63,147 nucleotides of DNA from positions 1 to 63,147 of the forward strand of contig CAVVMJ010000008.1 of assembly GCA_963749445.1 (NCBI GenBank), in the 5' to 3' direction. This document shows positions 48,981 through 58,654 of this stretch, piece by piece (within the stretch, counting starts at the first letter, position 1; each line of letters opens with the position of its first letter). Made by a program: the position numbers and the translations under genes. Under the pieces are notes generated by a model, which saw only the letters and a program-made list of their open reading frames with translations, searched no databases and was not told the origin of the DNA. Source of the stretch: an uncultured bacterium. GTDB taxonomy: Bacteria; Patescibacteriota; Doudnabacteria; UBA920.

Positions 48981-50490
48981 TTACTTTTTTCGGAAGAAGC
49001 GGGGCAGGCTCAAGTCTTGCAGTTTTAATTCGCGGACGCGTTGGATAATGCCTTTGTCGTGTTCGGACAGATAATGGCGGATGCGGTTGCGCGCGTTGGA
49101 AGTTTTGGCGGCCTTGAGCCAGTCCCGCGAAATTACCGCGGGCTTTTTGGTTTTAATGATTTCCACGCTGTCCTCATTGTCCAGCTCGTCAAAGATGCTG
49201 GCCATTTTGCCGTTGATTTTGGCGCCCATCATATGGTAACCCAAATCGGTGTGCACCGCGAAGGCAAAATCAATCACGCTGGCTCCCTGCGGCAAGTCTT
49301 TAATGTCGCCTTTGGGCGTAAAGACAAAAATCCGGTCGTGAAAAAAATCCAGTTTTAAATTTTCCAAATACTCTTCGGGGTTGCCGGCCAGTTCCTCCCA
49401 GGCTGGACAGCTCCTTAATCCAGGGCGCCTGCGGGCGCACGGCCCCGTCGATTTTGCCTTCTTCCTCGTAAAACCAGTGTGCCGCCACGCCGCGTTCGGC
49501 CTCTTCGTGCATCAGGTCGGTGCGGATTTGGATTTCCACGGTTTTCCCGTCGCGGTCAAAGACCGTGGTGTGGATGCTTTGGTAGCCGTTGGGCTTGGGC
49601 GTGGCGATGTAATCTTTAATGCGCCCGGGCACGGGCTGGAAGTATTTGTGGATGACGCCCAAGGCGCCGTAGCAGTCGCCCGTGGTTTTGGCGATGATGC
49701 GGAAGGCGACAATATCGTAAATTTTGGTAATATCGCCTTTGTAGCGTTCCAGTTTGCGGAAAAAGGAGTAAAGCCTTTTTACGCGGCCGCCCACTTCCAA
49801 AAATTTGATGCCTTCGGTGCGCAGCATATGCTCCAGACGCTTTTGGGTTTCTTTAATGTTGGTGCCGCGGCGGAGCAATTCCTCGTCCAGGAGTTTTTTA
49901 GTTTTTTCGTAATCGGCCGGGTAAACGACCTTAAAAGCCAGGTCTTCCAGTTCGTCCTTCCAAGAGCTGATGCCCAGGCGGCTGGCGATGGGCGCGTACA
50001 TTTCCAGAGTTTCGGTGGCGACCTTGATTTGTTTTTGCGGCGGAATGAATTCCAGCGTGCGCATGTTGTGCAGCCGGTCGGCCAGTTTAATTAAAATGAC
50101 GCGGATGTCTTTGCTGGTGGCCAAAAACAGCTTGCGCAGATTTTCAATGTAAAATTTGTCCGAACTGGAGCGCAGGCGAACCTGGCCCAGCTTGGTGACC
50201 CCGTCTATCATTTCGGCGACTTCTTTGCCGAATTCTTGTTTGATATCCTCCAGCGTGACTTCGGTGTCTTCGGTCGTGTCGTGCAGCAGCGCCGCGGCCA
50301 GGGCCTTGGTGTCGGGAAAAATTTTGCCCAAAATTACCGCCGCCCTTTCCGGGTGGGTAAAGTAATCTTCCCCGCTTTTGCGCTTTTGCCCCCGGTGGGC
50401 GCGCTTGGCAAATTCAAAAGCGCGAATCAGGAATTTTTCCTCATCGGCGCTGAATTTATGGGGGATGGAATTAAGGAAGCTTTTGGGCAT
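48981..50490 (-). CDS. rel: RelA/SpoT-family (p)ppGpp synthetase/hydrolase; one frame break
   Basis: HD motif LHDTTEDT, synthetase PNGYQSIHTTV, C-terminal TGS (FVFTPKGDIKDLPQGAS). Break at ~49395. Confidence 0.85.
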
Positions 50491-50596
50491 TAACCCGCCT
50501 AAACTTTGCCCATTTTATTGGGCAGGCTTAATTATCAACGATATATGATTATAGTAAAAGCTTTTGTAGTTTTCCCGCAAAGTTTTGGCGGGTAAA
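50490..50596. mobile_element. 107-bp MITE-like element, family G copy 3
   Basis: TTAACCCGCCTAAACTTTGCCC ... GCAAAGTTTTGGCGGGTAAA. It abuts the rel start codon. Confidence 0.6.
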
Positions 50597-50640
50597 GGTA
50601 TTATACCAGTAGTAAGGGGGATAGGGGAATGGTATAATTG

Positions 50641-50730
50641 GATTGACAAGATTGACATGATTGAGCAAGATTGACAAGATTAAGGACGCAGCAAAAAATC
50701 ATGTCAATCTTTTAAATCTTGTTCAATCAT
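50641..50730. repeat. word-hairpin (GATTGACAA / TTGTCAATC-type words)
   Basis: Lies between a TGgTATAAT box (50630..50638) and the mutM ATG (50734). Confidence 0.7.
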
Positions 50731-50733
50731 CCA

Positions 50734-51712
50734 ATGCCCGAATTGCCCGAAGTCCAAACTATTGCCGCTGAGTTAAACCGGAAATTAAAAAATCGGATAA
50801 TTAAATCCGTTACTGCTAACGCGCCTAAAATGGTCGCCGTGGGGCCGGCCGTTTTGCCGCCAAAACGGCAAGTTAAAAGTTATAAAGTTATAAAGTTTGT
50901 AAAGTTGCTTAAGGGGCAAAAAATTGTTTCAGTAAAGCGGCGAGCGAAATTGCTTATTATCAACCTCTCCCGCCCCTTTCGGGGCACCCTCCCCACATCT
51001 TGGGGAGGGGAAAGAAGGGAGAGCTTCGCTCTCGCTTTTGGTGCATTTAAAGATGACCGGGCAGTTTATTTTTGAGGATAAAAAATTGCGGGAAAAAACA
51101 GGGGGGGAATACCGTTTACTCAATAAACTATCGGCGCCTTTGGAGCAATTGCCCGGCAAGCATACGCACGTGATTTTTGAATTTACGGATGGCAGCCGGT
51201 TGTATTTTAACGACATCCGCAAATTCGGCTATTTAAAATTGGTGCGCGATGATGAAATCAATCAAGTGCGCGAGCTTCAGGAATACGGCCCCGAGCCGTT
51301 ATCTAAAAATTTTACAATGACTGCTTTATTGACGGCCGTCAAAAAAGCAGTCACAAAGAAAATTAAGCAAGTCTTAATGGACCCAAAGGTTGTGGCAGGG
51401 ATCGGGAATATCTATTCCGATGAAATCCTGTTCCATGCCGGCGTGCGGCCGAAGCGTGCCGTGAAATCATTATCTGATAAAGAATTATCAGCCATCCATA
51501 AGTGGATTAAGCCGGTGCTCATTAAGGCCATAAAAGCCAAAGGCTCCTCGGTCGGGGATTTTGTGAGAACGGACGGTAGCTGGGGGCAAATGGGCAAATA
51601 TCATTTTGTCTACGGCCGCAAAGGGCAAAAATGCAAGAAATGTGGCTCCATTATCGAGGCAGTAAAAATTGGCGGGCGGACTGGGTCGTTTTGTCCAAGA
51701 TGCCAGAAGTAA
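50734..51712 (+). CDS. mutM: formamidopyrimidine-DNA glycosylase; repeat insertion plus frame break
   Basis: MPELPEV N-terminus, VKRRAK, HLKMTGQ, C-terminal CKKCG...CPRCQ zinc finger. Break within 50936..51040. Confidence 0.85.
50962..51022. repeat. family E double hairpin inside mutM
   Basis: GCCCC-tttc-GGGGC plus CCCTCCCCA-catct-TGGGGAGGG. Confidence 0.7.
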
Positions 51713-51772
51713 CAATTAACGATTGACAATTAACGATTAACAGGGGACAATGAAAATAGAAAGGAAAATAAG

Positions 51773-52066
51773 ATGAAGAAGAAAATATTATTTGTTTTAA
51801 TAATCATTATAGTCATTGTTGTCTTCGCGGCTTGGTTTTTTTGGATTCAAATGCATTTAGTCACTGACCAAAGGATACCAGCAGGCACGCCACAAAATTA
51901 CCAAGAATGCATTAAGGCCGGCGGCAAAGTCATGTCCCAATTAAGCAGTCCTTACCCGCCTCAGTGTATTTACGGAAAATATCATTATTTTCTTGGAACG
52001 CCAGGAGTATATTTAGAAGGACAATTTCCGGATAGAAAATTATTTGACCCAAATTTTAAAAATTAA
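51773..52066 (+). CDS. hypothetical membrane-anchored protein (97 aa)
   Basis: N-terminal helix ILFVLIIIIVIVVFAAWFFWI. Confidence 0.5.
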   Translation: MKKKILFVLIIIIVIVVFAAWFFWIQMHLVTDQRIPAGTPQNYQECIKAGGKVMSQLSSPYPPQCIYGKYHYFLGTPGVYLEGQFPDRKLFDPNFKN

Positions 52067-52073
52067 AAAATAT

Positions 52074-52364
52074 ATGCAAGACGCTAATCAAAATGAATTA
52101 AATCAGCCGATGCAAACATCGGGGCCCTCCTACGCCGAGGCTTCGGAGGACAAGCAAATCAGAAAGCCAACCACCGATGAAATGCTGTTGGCGATATACA
52201 ATAATACGCGCAAGACCATGAACTATATGAAGTGGTCGCTGTATATTACCATTGTGCTCGTTGTTCTGCCGCTGCTTGCGATGATCGTCCTGTTGCCGTT
52301 GGTGTTGAAGTCGCTGGGCACGCTTGGCGGAATTTATGGGGCAGGGGGGGTACTGTCGCAGTAG
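52074..52364 (+). CDS. hypothetical membrane protein (96 aa)
   Basis: ATG 52074 and a C-terminal double helix. The N-terminal PSYAEASEDK is encoded by a CCTACGCCGAGGCTTCGGAGGACAAG repeat motif. Confidence 0.5.
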   Translation: MQDANQNELNQPMQTSGPSYAEASEDKQIRKPTTDEMLLAIYNNTRKTMNYMKWSLYITIVLVVLPLLAMIVLLPLVLKSLGTLGGIYGAGGVLSQ

Positions 52365-52485
52365 TAATCGCAAATATACAAATCAATACAAATATACAAA
52401 TAGCTGCACAGTGGGTTGAAGTTTTAATCAAGCGTTTACAGGGGATTTGTATATTTGTTAAAATTTGTATATTTGCGAACACTAC
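52361..52485. repeat. word-hairpin element, family A copy 2
   Basis: Same 23-nt termini as 14947..15057. Spans stop 52362-64 to 1 nt before ATG 52487. Confidence 0.8.
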
Positions 52486-52486
52486 T

Positions 52487-52834
52487 ATGACTGACGAAAA
52501 ATGGCAACAATTGGTGGAGACGGCGCAAAAGAATTTTAAGGGCGCAAAATTATATGCCGAAGATTTGATTTTGGAAACGTCGGATGGGCCGCAAAAAAAG
52601 GGCACGCAGGACGTGCTGGAATTTGGTTTGCCGCAGGGCGGGAAATATAAGTTGGTTCGTGAGAATAAGCCCATCGTCCTGGAAAAAAAGGAATTGTATT
52701 CCCACCGCGCCGGGCAGAGCGCGCAAACCCAGTATAAATTTTCGGAGACGGAGTTTTCCCATCGGCTACGCGTCTACAAAGAGGTGGATTTTGACGATTG
52801 GGAGGAAGTAACGTTGGATACTTTAGGTTTGTAG
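52487..52834 (+). CDS. hypothetical protein (115 aa)
   Basis: ATG 52487. The track ORF extension upstream runs through the repeat and is unlikely to be real. Confidence 0.5.
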   Translation: MTDEKWQQLVETAQKNFKGAKLYAEDLILETSDGPQKKGTQDVLEFGLPQGGKYKLVRENKPIVLEKKELYSHRAGQSAQTQYKFSETEFSHRLRVYKEVDFDDWEEVTLDTLGL

Positions 52835-52878
52835 TAGTCTAAAATTAAACGGCCGCTTAATTTTAGACAAATTGATTT

Positions 52879-53787
52879 ATGCTAAGAGATCGAATTCTGT
52901 CAACTTTGCGTTTTTTTGATTTGCAGGATTATCCGCTAACGCTTTTGGAATTGCACAAATTTTTGCTGGCTGATGTGGAAGGATTGAAGCAACATATCAA
53001 TACGCAGTGGGAATTAATCGGGGATTATCAGTCCGGCCAAGTTGGCGTTGACCAGATTATCCAATGTCTAAAAACTGAGTGCCGAAACGAAATCGTCCAG
53101 CAAAACGGATTTTTTTGCCTGGCCGGGCGGCAGGAAATTATTAGACGGAGGCAGCAAAGTTATTTTTACGGCATTAAGCGCCAGCGCTTAATCCGCAGGT
53201 TTGCCAAAGGCCTGCGCCATTTGCCTTTTGTGAGAGGAGTGGCCTTGGCCGGCAGTCAGGCCTTGGGCGCGCAAAAGGCGGATTCGGACATTGATTTGCT
53301 GATTATCGTAGATCCAAAATTTTTGTGGCTGGCGCGCACGGCCGTGACCGCCTATTTCCAAGTTTTAGGGCGGCGCCGGCACGGACAAAAAATCGCCGAC
53401 CGGTTTTGCCTAAACCATTATTTGGCCGGCGTTAAAACCATCGCCGAGTTGCGCAATTTGTACACGGCTTGCGAATATGCAAAACTTTTATCCTTGGTTT
53501 ATCCGCAAGTCATTACTGAATTCCAACAAAAAAACCGCGGTTGGATCGCGGCGTTTTTGCCAAATTTTGAACCGATGCTGGCCGGAGAAGGCCAGCCGTC
53601 ATCGGCGCAAAAATTTTTAGAGCGAATGCTTGGCGGCAAGTTCGGCCAATGGCTGGAGCGCCGGTTAAAAAATTGGCAATTGCCCAAAATCCGGCAGGAA
53701 CAGTTTATTTTGGTGCGCGATGACGAGCTGTCGTTCCATCCGCAAAGCAAACAAAGGAAGTTGTTACAAAGGTTTTTTATCGGATAG
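52879..53787 (+). CDS. nucleotidyltransferase-domain protein (Pol-beta superfamily)
   Basis: GVALAGSQALGAQKADSDIDLLIIVD. Confidence 0.65.
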   Translation: MLRDRILSTLRFFDLQDYPLTLLELHKFLLADVEGLKQHINTQWELIGDYQSGQVGVDQIIQCLKTECRNEIVQQNGFFCLAGRQEIIRRRQQSYFYGIKRQRLIRRFAKGLRHLPFVRGVALAGSQALGAQKADSDIDLLIIVDPKFLWLARTAVTAYFQVLGRRRHGQKIADRFCLNHYLAGVKTIAELRNLYTACEYAKLLSLVYPQVITEFQQKNRGWIAAFLPNFEPMLAGEGQPSSAQKFLERMLGGKFGQWLERRLKNWQLPKIRQEQFILVRDDELSFHPQSKQRKLLQRFFIG

Positions 53788-53854
53788 AGATCTTTCGTCC
53801 CAACTTGTCGGAACTCAGGATGATGCCGCTATGTTCGGTAAATTCATAGAGGCG

Positions 53855-54589
53855 TCATTTTTTGAATTCCATCATCAGTATTAGCGGAAAACGGAACAAT
53901 TGGTAATTTAGGTCAAACCTCGGGCTGTCGGTTTGGCTTTTTAGTTCCTTGATTTTTTCCGCACAAAGACCGGCTGATGCGGCGGCTGACGAATAATCAT
54001 CCAAAGTATAAAAATTGGAAGCGATTTTTTGCCCGTTAAATTCGCGGACGATTGTTTGCTTGCCAAAGTATTGATCATTGATTTTTAAATGCGGTTTTCG
54101 CATCATCAGGATGTCAGAAATTGAGCGCTTCCAAACCGCGGCCGGAAAGCTGTAGTAAGGATTAGGCACGGTCATAATTAGTTTGCCGCCGGGCTTTATT
54201 TTGCCGGTCAGATTTTTTATCGCAACACCCAAATTCGAAATATCCGGCCCGGCCATATTCAAAACTACGGCGTCAAAAAATCCGGCCGGGTAAGGCAACT
54301 TTTTCAGCAGGTCGGCATGGGAAAATTCCACGGCCGGATAACTGCTTTTGCCGATGGCGATTAACGTGCTCGAGCTGTCACAGGCATAAGTTTTCGGATA
54401 GCGGGGCTTGAGATTGTTAGCCAGCCAGCCGGTGCCGCAGGCGGCATCCAAAATCACGCTTTCCTTTGAATCCGGCAGGGCGGACAAAACCGCTTCTTCT
54501 AAAATTTTTTGCTGGATTTGGCCGTTTGGCGAAGCCAGGAAGTCAACGTAAATTTGGGCGGCTTTAAGCTCTTGATAAGCGCTTTCCAT
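53855..54589 (-). CDS. class I SAM-dependent methyltransferase
   Basis: Motif I VILDAACGTG. ATG at 54589; an alternative GTG at 54634 would overlap the groES operator. Confidence 0.7.
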   Translation of the reverse strand: MESAYQELKAAQIYVDFLASPNGQIQQKILEEAVLSALPDSKESVILDAACGTGWLANNLKPRYPKTYACDSSSTLIAIGKSSYPAVEFSHADLLKKLPYPAGFFDAVVLNMAGPDISNLGVAIKNLTGKIKPGGKLIMTVPNPYYSFPAAVWKRSISDILMMRKPHLKINDQYFGKQTIVREFNGQKIASNFYTLDDYSSAAASAGLCAEKIKELKSQTDSPRFDLNYQLFRFPLILMMEFKK

Positions 54590-54627
54590 AATGCTATTAT
54601 AACACAGCGTTGGTGATAAGTTGTTAA

Positions 54628-54654
54628 TTATCACTCCCCTTGACAGAGTGATAA
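54628..54654. promoter_or_regulatory. CIRCE-like (HrcA operator-type) inverted repeat
   Basis: TTATCACTC-N9-GAGTGATAA compared with the consensus TTAGCACTC-N9-GAGTGCTAA. The spacer holds the -35 box. Confidence 0.65.
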
Positions 54655-54667
54655 ATTAAGCTATAAT
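54640..54667 (+). promoter_or_regulatory. sigma70-like promoter of groES-groEL
   Basis: TTGACA-16 nt-TATAAT. Confidence 0.6.
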
Positions 54668-54686
54668 TGTTCTAGTAATTAATTTT

Positions 54687-54780
54687 TCTACTAAATACTA
54701 AATTATACTAAAGGTACGAAATACGAAACTGGTATTCATCAGTTTAGTATATTTAGTACTCTTTCGTATTTAGTAGAAGT
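54687..54780. repeat. word-hairpin element, family B copy 2
   Basis: About 85% identical to 17713..17808. It lies in the groES 5' leader. Confidence 0.8.
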
Positions 54781-54793
54781 TTCGGAGAAACCT

Positions 54794-55099
54794 ATGAAAG
54801 TAAAACCTTTAGGCAACCGGGTGCTGGTAAAGCAGGACAGCCAGGAAGAGGTGACCAAGAGCGGCATTGTTTTGCCGGACACTGCGGATAAGGAAAAAAA
54901 GGCCGTTGGCCGGATTGTGGAATTGGGCAGCGGGCCGGAAATCAAAACTTTGGGGCTTAAGGTCGGCGACAAAGTCGTGTTCGGCAAATACGCGGGCGAC
55001 GAGGTGGAGCTGGACGAAGACGGCAAGAAAGTGGAATACAAAATTTTATCCGTCGGGAAAGAGAAGGACGAGAGCGACATTTTAGCAATTGTTGAATAA
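54794..55099 (+). CDS. groES: co-chaperonin GroES
   Basis: MKVKPLGNRVLVK...SGIVLPDTA...GDKVVFGKYAG. Confidence 0.95.
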   Translation: MKVKPLGNRVLVKQDSQEEVTKSGIVLPDTADKEKKAVGRIVELGSGPEIKTLGLKVGDKVVFGKYAGDEVELDEDGKKVEYKILSVGKEKDESDILAIVE

Positions 55100-55193
55100 T
55101 ATTACTAGCTTTACTAACTACTAATCTTTACTAATATACTAATGTGTCATATCAAGAATTAGTATATTAGTAACCAATTCGTAGTTAGTAAAG
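55100..55193. repeat. word-hairpin (TTACTAA / TTAGTAA words)
   Basis: Starts at the nucleotide after the groES stop and ends 16 nt before the groEL ATG. Confidence 0.7.
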
Positions 55194-55209
55194 ACAGGAG
55201 AATTTAAAA

Positions 55210-56886
55210 ATGAGCAAGATAATAAAATACGGTTTTGACGCCAAAAAGGCCATTAAGGCCGGCGTGGACGCCGCGGTCAACGCGGTTAAGGTTACTTTGG
55301 GCCCCACGGGCAAGGGCGTAATTTTAGATAAGGGTTTTGGCAGCCCTACCATTACGGACGACGGCGTGACTGTGGCCAAAGACATTGAGCTGGACGACAA
55401 ATTTGAAAACGTGGGGGCGTCTTTAATTCAGGAAGTCGCCAATAAGACCAATGAGGCGGCCGGCGACGGCACTACCACGGCCGTGGTTTTGGCGCAAAAA
55501 ATGATAGAGACCGCTTTTGAGGCCGCGGCTCTGGCATCCACCCAGGCTAACGAAATAAAAAAAGGCATGGACAAGGCCGTGGCGTTTGTGGTGGAAGAAC
55601 TCAGGAAGGTTAAGAAAGACGTCAAAAACAAGGAAGAAATCCAGCAGGTGGCCACCATTGCTTCTTTGGACGAGGAAGTCGGGAAACTGATTGCTGAAGC
55701 CATGGAAGAGGTTGGCCATGACGGCGTCATTACTGTGGAAGAAGGCCAGACCACGGGACTGGAAAAAGAAGTTGTCAAAGGCATGCGTTTTGACAAGGGT
55801 TTCGTGAATCCTTACATGGTGACCAATGCCGAAAGAATGGAAGCTATTTGGGAAGATACCTATATTTTAATTACCGACAAAAAAGTTTCCTCGGTTCAGG
55901 AAGTTTTGCCGGTCTTGGAAAAAGTCGCGCAAAGCGGCAAAAAAGATTTGGTGATAATCGCCGACGAAGTGGAAGGCGAGGCTTTGGCTACGTTTGTGCT
56001 CAACAAACTCAAGGGCACGTTTAACGTTTTGGCGGTAAAAGCCCCGGGTTTTGGCGACAGGCGCAAAGAGATGCTACAGGACATTGCCGTACTTACTGGT
56101 GGCGCGGTAATTACCGAAGATATGGGCTTAAAGTTGGAAAAAACCGAAATCAACCAGCTTGGCCAGGCGCGCAAAGTGATTGCCACCAAAGAATATACCA
56201 CCATAGTCGGCGGCGCGGGCGACAAGAAAAAAATTGAGGATCGCGTTAACCAGATTAAGGCCGAATACAAAGACTCTACATCGGATTATGACAAGGAAAA
56301 GTTGCAGGAAAGAATGGCTCGTTTGGCCGGCGGCGTGGGCGTCATTAAAGTCGGCGCCTTTACGGAAACGGAAATGAAGACCAAAAAATTCAAGATAGAA
56401 GACGCGCTCAATGCCACCAAAGCAGCCGTGGAAGAGGGGATTGTGGCCGGCGGCGGCGCGGCTTTGGTAAAAATTGTTCCGTTACTCGATAAGGAAATGG
56501 ACAAGGTCAGCGGCGCCCATCGTATGGGTTATAAAATCGTCCGCGCCGCGCTGGAAGCTCCCTTGCGGCAGATTGCCCAAAACAGCGGCGTGGAGCCAAC
56601 GGGCATCATCACATTCATCCAAACCAAAGGCAGCCACGCGGGTTATGATTTTACCAAATACAACGGGGCGGACTGGCAGACCGGGGTGGTGGAAGATATG
56701 ATGAAGGCCGGCATTGTCGACCCTTTGAAAGTCACTCGCCTGGCGCTTGAAAACGCGGTATCCATCGCTTCAACCTTAGTTACCACCGAAGCCATTGTCG
56801 TGGACAAACCTGAGCCCAAAGGCCCGCCGGCCATGCCGGGCGGCATGGGCGGGGGAATGGGCGGGATGGGTGGAGATATGTACTAG
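55210..56886 (+). CDS. groEL: chaperonin GroEL
   Basis: AAGDGTTTA, and a C-terminal GGM repeat ([16 protein letters not shown]). Confidence 0.97.
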   Translation: MSKIIKYGFDAKKAIKAGVDAAVNAVKVTLGPTGKGVILDKGFGSPTITDDGVTVAKDIELDDKFENVGASLIQEVANKTNEAAGDGTTTAVVLAQKMIETAFEAAALASTQANEIKKGMDKAVAFVVEELRKVKKDVKNKEEIQQVATIASLDEEVGKLIAEAMEEVGHDGVITVEEGQTTGLEKEVVKGMRFDKGFVNPYMVTNAERMEAIWEDTYILITDKKVSSVQEVLPVLEKVAQSGKKDLVIIADEVEGEALATFVLNKLKGTFNVLAVKAPGFGDRRKEMLQDIAVLTGGAVITEDMGLKLEKTEINQLGQARKVIATKEYTTIVGGAGDKKKIEDRVNQIKAEYKDSTSDYDKEKLQERMARLAGGVGVIKVGAFTETEMKTKKFKIEDALNATKAAVEEGIVAGGGAALVKIVPLLDKEMDKVSGAHRMGYKIVRAALEAPLRQIAQNSGVEPTGIITFIQTKGSHAGYDFTKYNGADWQTGVVEDMMKAGIVDPLKVTRLALENAVSIASTLVTTEAIVVDKPEPKGPPAMPGGMGGGMGGMGGDMY

Positions 56887-56941
56887 GGAGACGAATTAGC
56901 GCGAATCAGGGCAGACGAATTTTCACGAAAACACGAACGTA

Positions 56942-56970
56942 GGGGCGGGTTTACAACCCGCCCTTTATTG
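56942..56970 (+). terminator. terminator after groEL
   Basis: GGGGCGGGTT-tac-AACCCGCCCT followed by TTATT. Confidence 0.6.
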
Positions 56971-57017
56971 CGCCCGGGGTTTTTGATATACTTTAATTGA
57001 TATTTAGGGAATTTTTT

Positions 57018-57668
57018 ATGGACGAACGCGAACCGGATTTAAAAGCCATCCCCGAGGTTGCCATTGCTTCTATTTTGCAAGAAGAACAAGATCCGGAGCA
57101 AAAACGCCAACTGATGGTTTTGTATAGCCTCGTTTTAAGGATCGCCCGGGAATCGGCCGAGCACAAAGTTATGGGTATGGATGCAAAACGCATGGCCCAC
57201 ACCGTTTTAAAAAGTGAACATGATCAATTTACCGTCGCATGTCTTATGGTTAAAAATCAAACTGCGATTGGGCGGCTTTTAGATGTTTTAGCCGCGAACT
57301 TTCCTGAGTTGGATTTTAGAGGTTTTAAAGAGAGATATAAACATTCTCAGAGACAGAGAGAAAAACATACAGTCAGCCCTTTGGAGGAACTGGAAGATCT
57401 TATAGCTATGGAGCAAGACCCAACCTTGCGCGGCCAGCTTGAAGAGTTTGCCGAGGAAGCCCTTAAGCTTGCCCAGTTATATGCTAAACGGGGTGAAGGA
57501 AAAGGGTTTGGCCATAAAAAAAGTACAAAAAGAGACATAGCTGCCCTAAAAGCAGCTTATGTGAATTCTGTGAGAAAGCCCGCAGATTTGAAAAGGATTT
57601 TAGAATTATTGGCAGTAGCCCACAGAAATTTGGATTTTAAAACTATAATCAGACTTTTTGAGAAGTAG
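57018..57668 (+). CDS. hypothetical protein (216 aa)
   Basis: ATG 57018. Helical and charged, with no motif recognised. Confidence 0.5.
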   Translation: MDEREPDLKAIPEVAIASILQEEQDPEQKRQLMVLYSLVLRIARESAEHKVMGMDAKRMAHTVLKSEHDQFTVACLMVKNQTAIGRLLDVLAANFPELDFRGFKERYKHSQRQREKHTVSPLEELEDLIAMEQDPTLRGQLEEFAEEALKLAQLYAKRGEGKGFGHKKSTKRDIAALKAAYVNSVRKPADLKRILELLAVAHRNLDFKTIIRLFEK

Positions 57669-57725
57669 TATTATATTTTTTTGCCTATAAATAAGCCAAA
57701 AATTTAAATTCATCACCCAAAACCC

Positions 57726-57754
57726 TTGACAAAAGGGCGAAATAGGCGTATAGT
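57726..57754 (+). promoter_or_regulatory. sigma70-like promoter of an orphan unit
   Basis: TTGACA-17 nt-TATAGT. Confidence 0.55.
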
Positions 57755-57759
57755 AAGAG

Positions 57760-58057
57760 GTTATTATCGTAACGGTAATGACCTTCTTTTAAAACTTAAT
57801 AAATATCCGTTCGTTTTTACAGGAGACAAATGGGTATACAGGCAAGTCCCTACGCCAATCTTCACCAGGTTAGTATATTGAATAAAATTTCCCAACAGAT
57901 TAAGAGATTCATTTATCTTTAGAACAGCTTTGATGGAGATTGGCGTGGGGGCACGTGCTGCTGATTTCGATAAAACGGATCGGCGGCGCTATAAAGCCGT
58001 ATACTGCATACAAGAATAATTCTATTGATTCTCCTGTATTGAAGTATACGGTTTTTT
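57760..58057 (+). ncRNA. candidate ~300-nt RNA (or 30-aa small-protein mRNA)
   Basis: A 17-bp helix pairs 57847..57863 with 57935..57951 and needs 3 G-U pairs on the plus strand. Terminator CCGTATAC...GTATACGG+TTTTTT. A 30-codon ORF lies at 57830..57922 after AGGAG. Confidence 0.3.
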
Positions 58058-58064
58058 GTTAAGT

Positions 58065-58162
58065 AATCGAATCTACGAATGGAACGAATCAACGAATCCC
58101 TACGAAGTACGAATTCGTTGTTCGTAGAGATTCGCAGATTCGTCTAATTCGTTGATTCGATT
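58065..58162. repeat. word-hairpin (ACGAATC / GATTCGT words)
   Basis: Centred on the CGAATTCG palindrome at ~58113. Related direct words lie at ~56890 and ~58270. Confidence 0.7.
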
Positions 58163-58654
58163 CATTTATTTACACCACCGTGGGCCTAACAGGAAGGCAT
58201 ATCTTATGGAGGTCGCCTTAGACCTTTTGGCCTCATCTCTTTAGACCCACAATTGTGTGAGCAAAACGAATTTTCACGAATACTGCAGACGAATCGGCAC
58301 GAAAAAATCGCGGGAAGCGGCTCGGCGGGGTATCGGTTATCTAATACGCCGCCCTTCGACAATACTCAGGGCGACCCTGAGTTAGACCGAATGGGTCGCC
58401 GAATTATTTTCGTTATATAAAAAGGGGGCTCTAGGTGCTCTTTTTTTTGTGCCAAAATTGCAGGTTGAAAAAATAGTTTAAGAAGAATACAATAAGGCTA
58501 ATTTGGACTAGTCCTTTTAGGAGCGCAGATTTTCAAAAATGGAAACTTGCGCTCCTTGGGGGATCGGGAGAATCTCCAAGGGGAGCGCGGGACATTGTTC
58601 CCGCAAAATCGCAACGCGCTGCGAGGCGCCACAACAACGCGCCGAGAGGCGCGA

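Noticed and set aside
2026-51712. Programmed ribosomal frameshifting or widespread genuine pseudogenisation was considered as the cause of the frame breaks.
   Set aside because: The breaks share no slippery heptamer or stimulatory structure and occur in both directions. Several are compensating pairs that scramble catalytic motifs. They hit several indispensable genes at once, which fits homopolymer indel error better.
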